DNA of 64,000 nt from Ranitomeya imitator. Lineage: Eukaryota. This document shows positions 60,361 to 64,000 of this stretch, in pieces; the first letter of the stretch is position 1, and every line of letters starts with the position of its first letter. A model generated the notes under the pieces. It searched no databases and was not told where the DNA came from. It saw nothing but the letters and a program-made list of their open reading frames with translations. Made by a program: the position numbers and the translations under genes. Location of the stretch: NCBI RefSeq assembly GCF_032444005.1, contig NC_091283.1:492218001-492282000 (forward strand). The letters run 5' to 3'.

Positions 60361-61218
60361 CTCGCATTGACATCAGAAAGGTGAAGTGAGTTCATTAGCG
60401 GTGAACTCACAGGACCTGTCTGACGGTCTGACGGCACCGCGAGCAGGAGAACTTTCTTACGCTCACAGTTCTCTCAGACAGGGAATAGCAGTTCACAGGC
60501 AGACAATGAGAACACAGTGCTCAGTGTCTACTGGATGATGGGCTGCATGGCCGAATCGTGCAACCACGCATCCCGCCATCTAGATGTAGCAGAGCTGGAC
60601 CAGTCATGGATTAACAGCATCTCTGCGGAAAGGTGAGAAATATTGTTGTTTGTTTTTTTTAACTCTTGCAGATGACGAGGGCATCCGGGGAATGGGCAAG
60701 GTCTAAATATGGTTTAATTAAGATTACAGGAATCTGTGCCATTCTTTCAATTAAAGGACTTTTTTCTGGGTGTCTGTGTTTTCATAAAATGTGACTTTGA
60801 GGTTAGTAATGGTGGCATCTTATTGAGGCCTCTCCATTACTAACCTAGGGGCTTGATGTCACCTGACAATACAAAGGTGACATCAAACCCCCAACTATCA
60901 CCCCATTTGCCACCGCTACAGGGTAAGTAGGAAGAGCGAGGCTAAGTGCTAGAATTGGCGCATTTTAGAAATGCGCCTTTTCTAGGGTGGCTGAAAGCTG
61001 AAGTTTTTAGCCTGTGGGGGCAGTATCCATGGGCCCTTCCTAGGCTATTAATATCAGCCCTCAGCTATCTACATAGTTTTTGCTGACTATTAATTAGAAG
61101 GGGACCCTACATCATTTTTTTTAGGGTCCCCCATTTTAATAGCCAGTAAAGTCTAAGTATACAGCTGTGAGTTGATATTAATAGGGTGGGAAGCTCCATG
61201 GATATTACCCCCTTCCCG
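60360..61218. mobile_element. Internal fragment of the non-autonomous family seen at 7044-8215
   Basis: Shared blocks AGCAGAGCTG, CTCTCCATTACTAA, ACAAAGGTGACAT, CTTCCTAGGCTA. Confidence 0.55.
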
Positions 61219-61251
61219 TTATCCATGAAGTAATGGTCTGGCGCCTTTCAC

Positions 61252-61338
61252 ATAGCCAAACCAGATCTCCACTTTGCACTGACGAGGGGCAGTACCCTGA
61301 AACACAGTGTCTGCAAATTGAGATTCTGGTTTGGCTAT
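61252..61338 (+). ncRNA. Canonical type I hammerhead ribozyme with extended stem I (retrozyme-like repeat, about 61219-61470)
   Basis: Core CTGACGA (61279-61285) and GAAA (61299-61302); GUC cleavage site at 61311; stem II GGGG/CCCT; stem III ACAC/GTGT; stem I TTTGCA/TGCAAA extended by TCTC/GAGA and a perfect 14-bp ATAGCCAAACCAGA/TCTGGTTTGGCTAT. Confidence 0.88.
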
Positions 61339-61489
61339 TATCCTAAGTCGTGTGACAAGGCTCGTTAAAGGGTCAACATTGACTTGTAGGATTGCTACCT
61401 TCCAATAGGTGGCACTAGAGTTCTAGCTCTCTACCACTATCTCCTTCCTCTCTGAAGAGACAATTTGCAAAACTTACTGTACATGGCGC

Positions 61490-61778
61490 ATGAATTGTCG
61501 ACCTTTCAAAGGACCTTGGTGGTAAAAATCAGACAGCACTCGCATAGTCTCAGTGCTGTGCGATTTTTTTATCGCACCCATAGGCTTGCATTGGTGAGTC
61601 TCGGATGATATACGCATACAATCGCAGAATGCTGCGATTGTACACACACGCTGAATATGCCTGAGAAAATAAATGGTGATGTGAGATGCCCCATAGACTA
61701 ACACTGGGCTGAGTGCTATGCGATGTTTTCTCGCATAGCACTCACCCGTATTCTACGCTAGTGTGACGCCACCCTTAG
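61490..61778. mobile_element. Right part of a Harbinger-type MITE
   Basis: Ends CTAGTGTGACGCCACCCT-TAG; internal ATCGCA/TGCGAT palindromic motifs. Confidence 0.5.
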
Positions 61779-62150
61779 GGACATTATGCTTTGCAAATAT
61801 TTCATTAAACAATTTGCGCCTATTTTTAAGTTCTCATTTGTTACATGGTTTTCTAATTGTTATGTCATTGTGCCTTTTCCAGAAGTTTTAGATTGAATCA
61901 TCAAATGTCACTTTTTGAAAAAGTTGAAAAATTTGACGTCACTCTACCACTGGGAGTAATTTTATGTATGCCAGTTATTTTGTAAAATTTTTGGCAACAT
62001 TTTTGCTAAATGTGTTTGTACAAAAACAGTTGAAAGGCAAAAAGAAAGACAATTTTGTGCATTGCTTCAAAATTCATGAACATCGTGCGCGATTTTGATG
62101 AATTAGGCACAAAAATAAGTCAGCAGAACCACAAGTCAAAGAAGAAAAAC

Positions 62151-63895
62151 AATAATAATAATAATAATAATTTTATTTATATAGCGCCAACATATTCCGC
62201 AGCGCTTTACAAATTATAGAGGGGACTTGTACAGACAATAGACATTACAGCCTAACAGAAATACAGTTCAAAACAGATACCAGGAGGAGTGAGGGCCCTG
62301 CTCGCAAGCTTACAAACTATGGGGAAAAGGGGAGACACGAGAGGTGGATGGTAACAATTGCTTTAGTTATTCGGACCAGCTATAGTGTAAGGCTCAGGTG
62401 TTCATGTAAAGCTGCATGAACCAGTTACCTGCCTAAGTATGTAGCAGTACAGACACAGAGGGCTAATACTGCATAAAGTGTATGAGAACATGATGCGAGG
62501 AACCTTTTTTTTTTTTTTTTTTTTTATTATAAATAGGCCACACAGGGATCGTTAGGTTAATGCATTGAGGCGGTAGGCCAGTCTGAACAAATGAGTTTTT
62601 AGGGCACGCTTAAAACTGTGGGGATTGGAGATTAATCGTATTAACCTAGGTAGTGCATTCCAAAGAATCGGCGCAGCAAGTGTAAAGTCTTGGAGACGGG
62701 AGTGGGAGGTTCTGATTATTGAGGATGCTAACCTGAGGTCATTAGCGGAGCGGAGGGCACGGGTAGGGTGGTAGACTGATACCAGGGAGGAGATGTAGGG
62801 TGGTACTGAGCCATGGAGTGCTTTGTGGATGAGGGTAGTAGTTTTGTACTGGATTCTGGAGTGGATGGGTAGCCAGTGTAATGACTGGCACAGGGTAGAG
62901 GCATCGGTGTAACGGTTGGTGAGGAATATGATCCTGGCTGCAGCATTCAGGACAGATTGGAGCGGGGAGAGTTTTGCAAGAGGGAGACCGATTAGTAGAG
63001 AGTTACAATAGTCCAGACGAGAATGAATAAGTGAAACAGTCAGAGTTTTTGCAGAGTCGAAATTAAGAAAAGGGCGAATTCTAGAAATGTTTTTGAGATG
63101 CAGGTAAGAAGAGCGAGCCAGTGATCGGATGTAGGGGGTGAATGAAAGGTCAGAATCAAGGATGACCCCAAGGCAGCGGGCATGTTGCTTTGGAGTAATG
63201 GTGGAACCGCACATGGAGATGGCAATGTCAGGCAAAGGTAGGTTAGTAGAGGGAGAGAACACGAGGAGTTCAGTTTTTGACAGGTTTAGTTTCAGATAGA
63301 GGGAGGACATGATGTTAGAGACAGCGGTAAGACAATCACTGGTGTTTTCTAAAAAGGTCGGTGTGATATTGGGAGCAGAAGTGTATAATTGGGTGTCGTC
63401 AGCATAGAGATGGTAATGGAAACCAAATCTACTGATTGTTTGTCCAATAGGGGCAGTATACAACGAGAAGAGTAGGGGGCCTAGGACTGATCCTTGAGGA
63501 ACCCCAACAGTAAGGGGAAGGTGAGAGGAGGAGGAACCAGCAAAACATACAGTGAAGGATCGGTCAGAGAGATAGGAGGAGAACCAGGAGAGAACGGTGT
63601 CCTTGAGGCCGATGGAGCGGAGCATAGTGAGGAGGAGCTGATGATCCACAGTGTCGAATGCTGCAGAGAGATCCAAGAGAATTAGCATGGAGTAGTGACC
63701 ATTAGATTTAGCTGTTAGTAGGTCATTAGAGACTTTAATGAGGGCAGTTTCAGTAGAGTGTAAAGAGCGGAAGCCAGATTGAAGAGGGTCGAGAAGAGAG
63801 TTATCTGAGAGATAGCGGGTAAGACGGGAGTGGACCAGGCGTTCGAGGAGTTTAGAGATGAAGGGAAGATTAGAGACAGGTCTATAATTAGCAAC
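62151..63895 (-). mobile_element. 5'-truncated L2 LINE with an uninterrupted ORF2 remnant
   Basis: (ATT)n-type tail; frame open from [16 protein letters not shown] (about 63890) through [28 protein letters not shown] and YADDTQLY to the stop at 62552. Confidence 0.95.
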
Positions 63896-64000
63896 TTAAA
63901 AAAACCCACAAATAGTGAATAGGGAAGACAATATGTACATTTCGTCTTTCTCTAAATGTAACTATGACATACTGTATCATATACCAGCTGTTTCCCTAGT

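Overview
Eukaryotic (vertebrate) DNA. The repeat families point to an anuran amphibian; this is inference only. The window is almost all transposable elements and tandem repeats, with one 215-N assembly gap (13956-14170). I recognise no intact cellular gene; two weak candidate minus-strand exons lie at 695-786 and 30717-30822. Between 4.1 and 30.4 kb is a nested stack, reconstructed mainly from target-site duplications (TSDs): hAT > hAT > head-to-head Penelope-like (RT + GIY-YIG) insertion > hAT non-autonomous element > Harbinger-type MITEs > TTAA/piggyBac-like element > MITEs. To the right are a miniature head-to-head Penelope insertion, a decayed Gypsy element inside a Tc1 relic, a CR1 split by two MITEs, solo LTRs, an 11.5-kb hAT element with a perfect TSD and a frameshifted BED-DDE transposase, and two L2 LINEs. 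The most notable signals are (i) hammerhead-ribozyme motifs, including a canonical type I ribozyme with a long stem I at 61252-61338 and variants whose core positions 3 and 8 co-vary (C-G, U-A, A-U), (ii) two independent head-to-head Penelope insertions, each bounded by a single TSD, and (iii) a tailless SINE insertion. Boundaries defined by TIRs or TSDs were counted by eye and should be accurate to a few bases; other boundaries are approximate.
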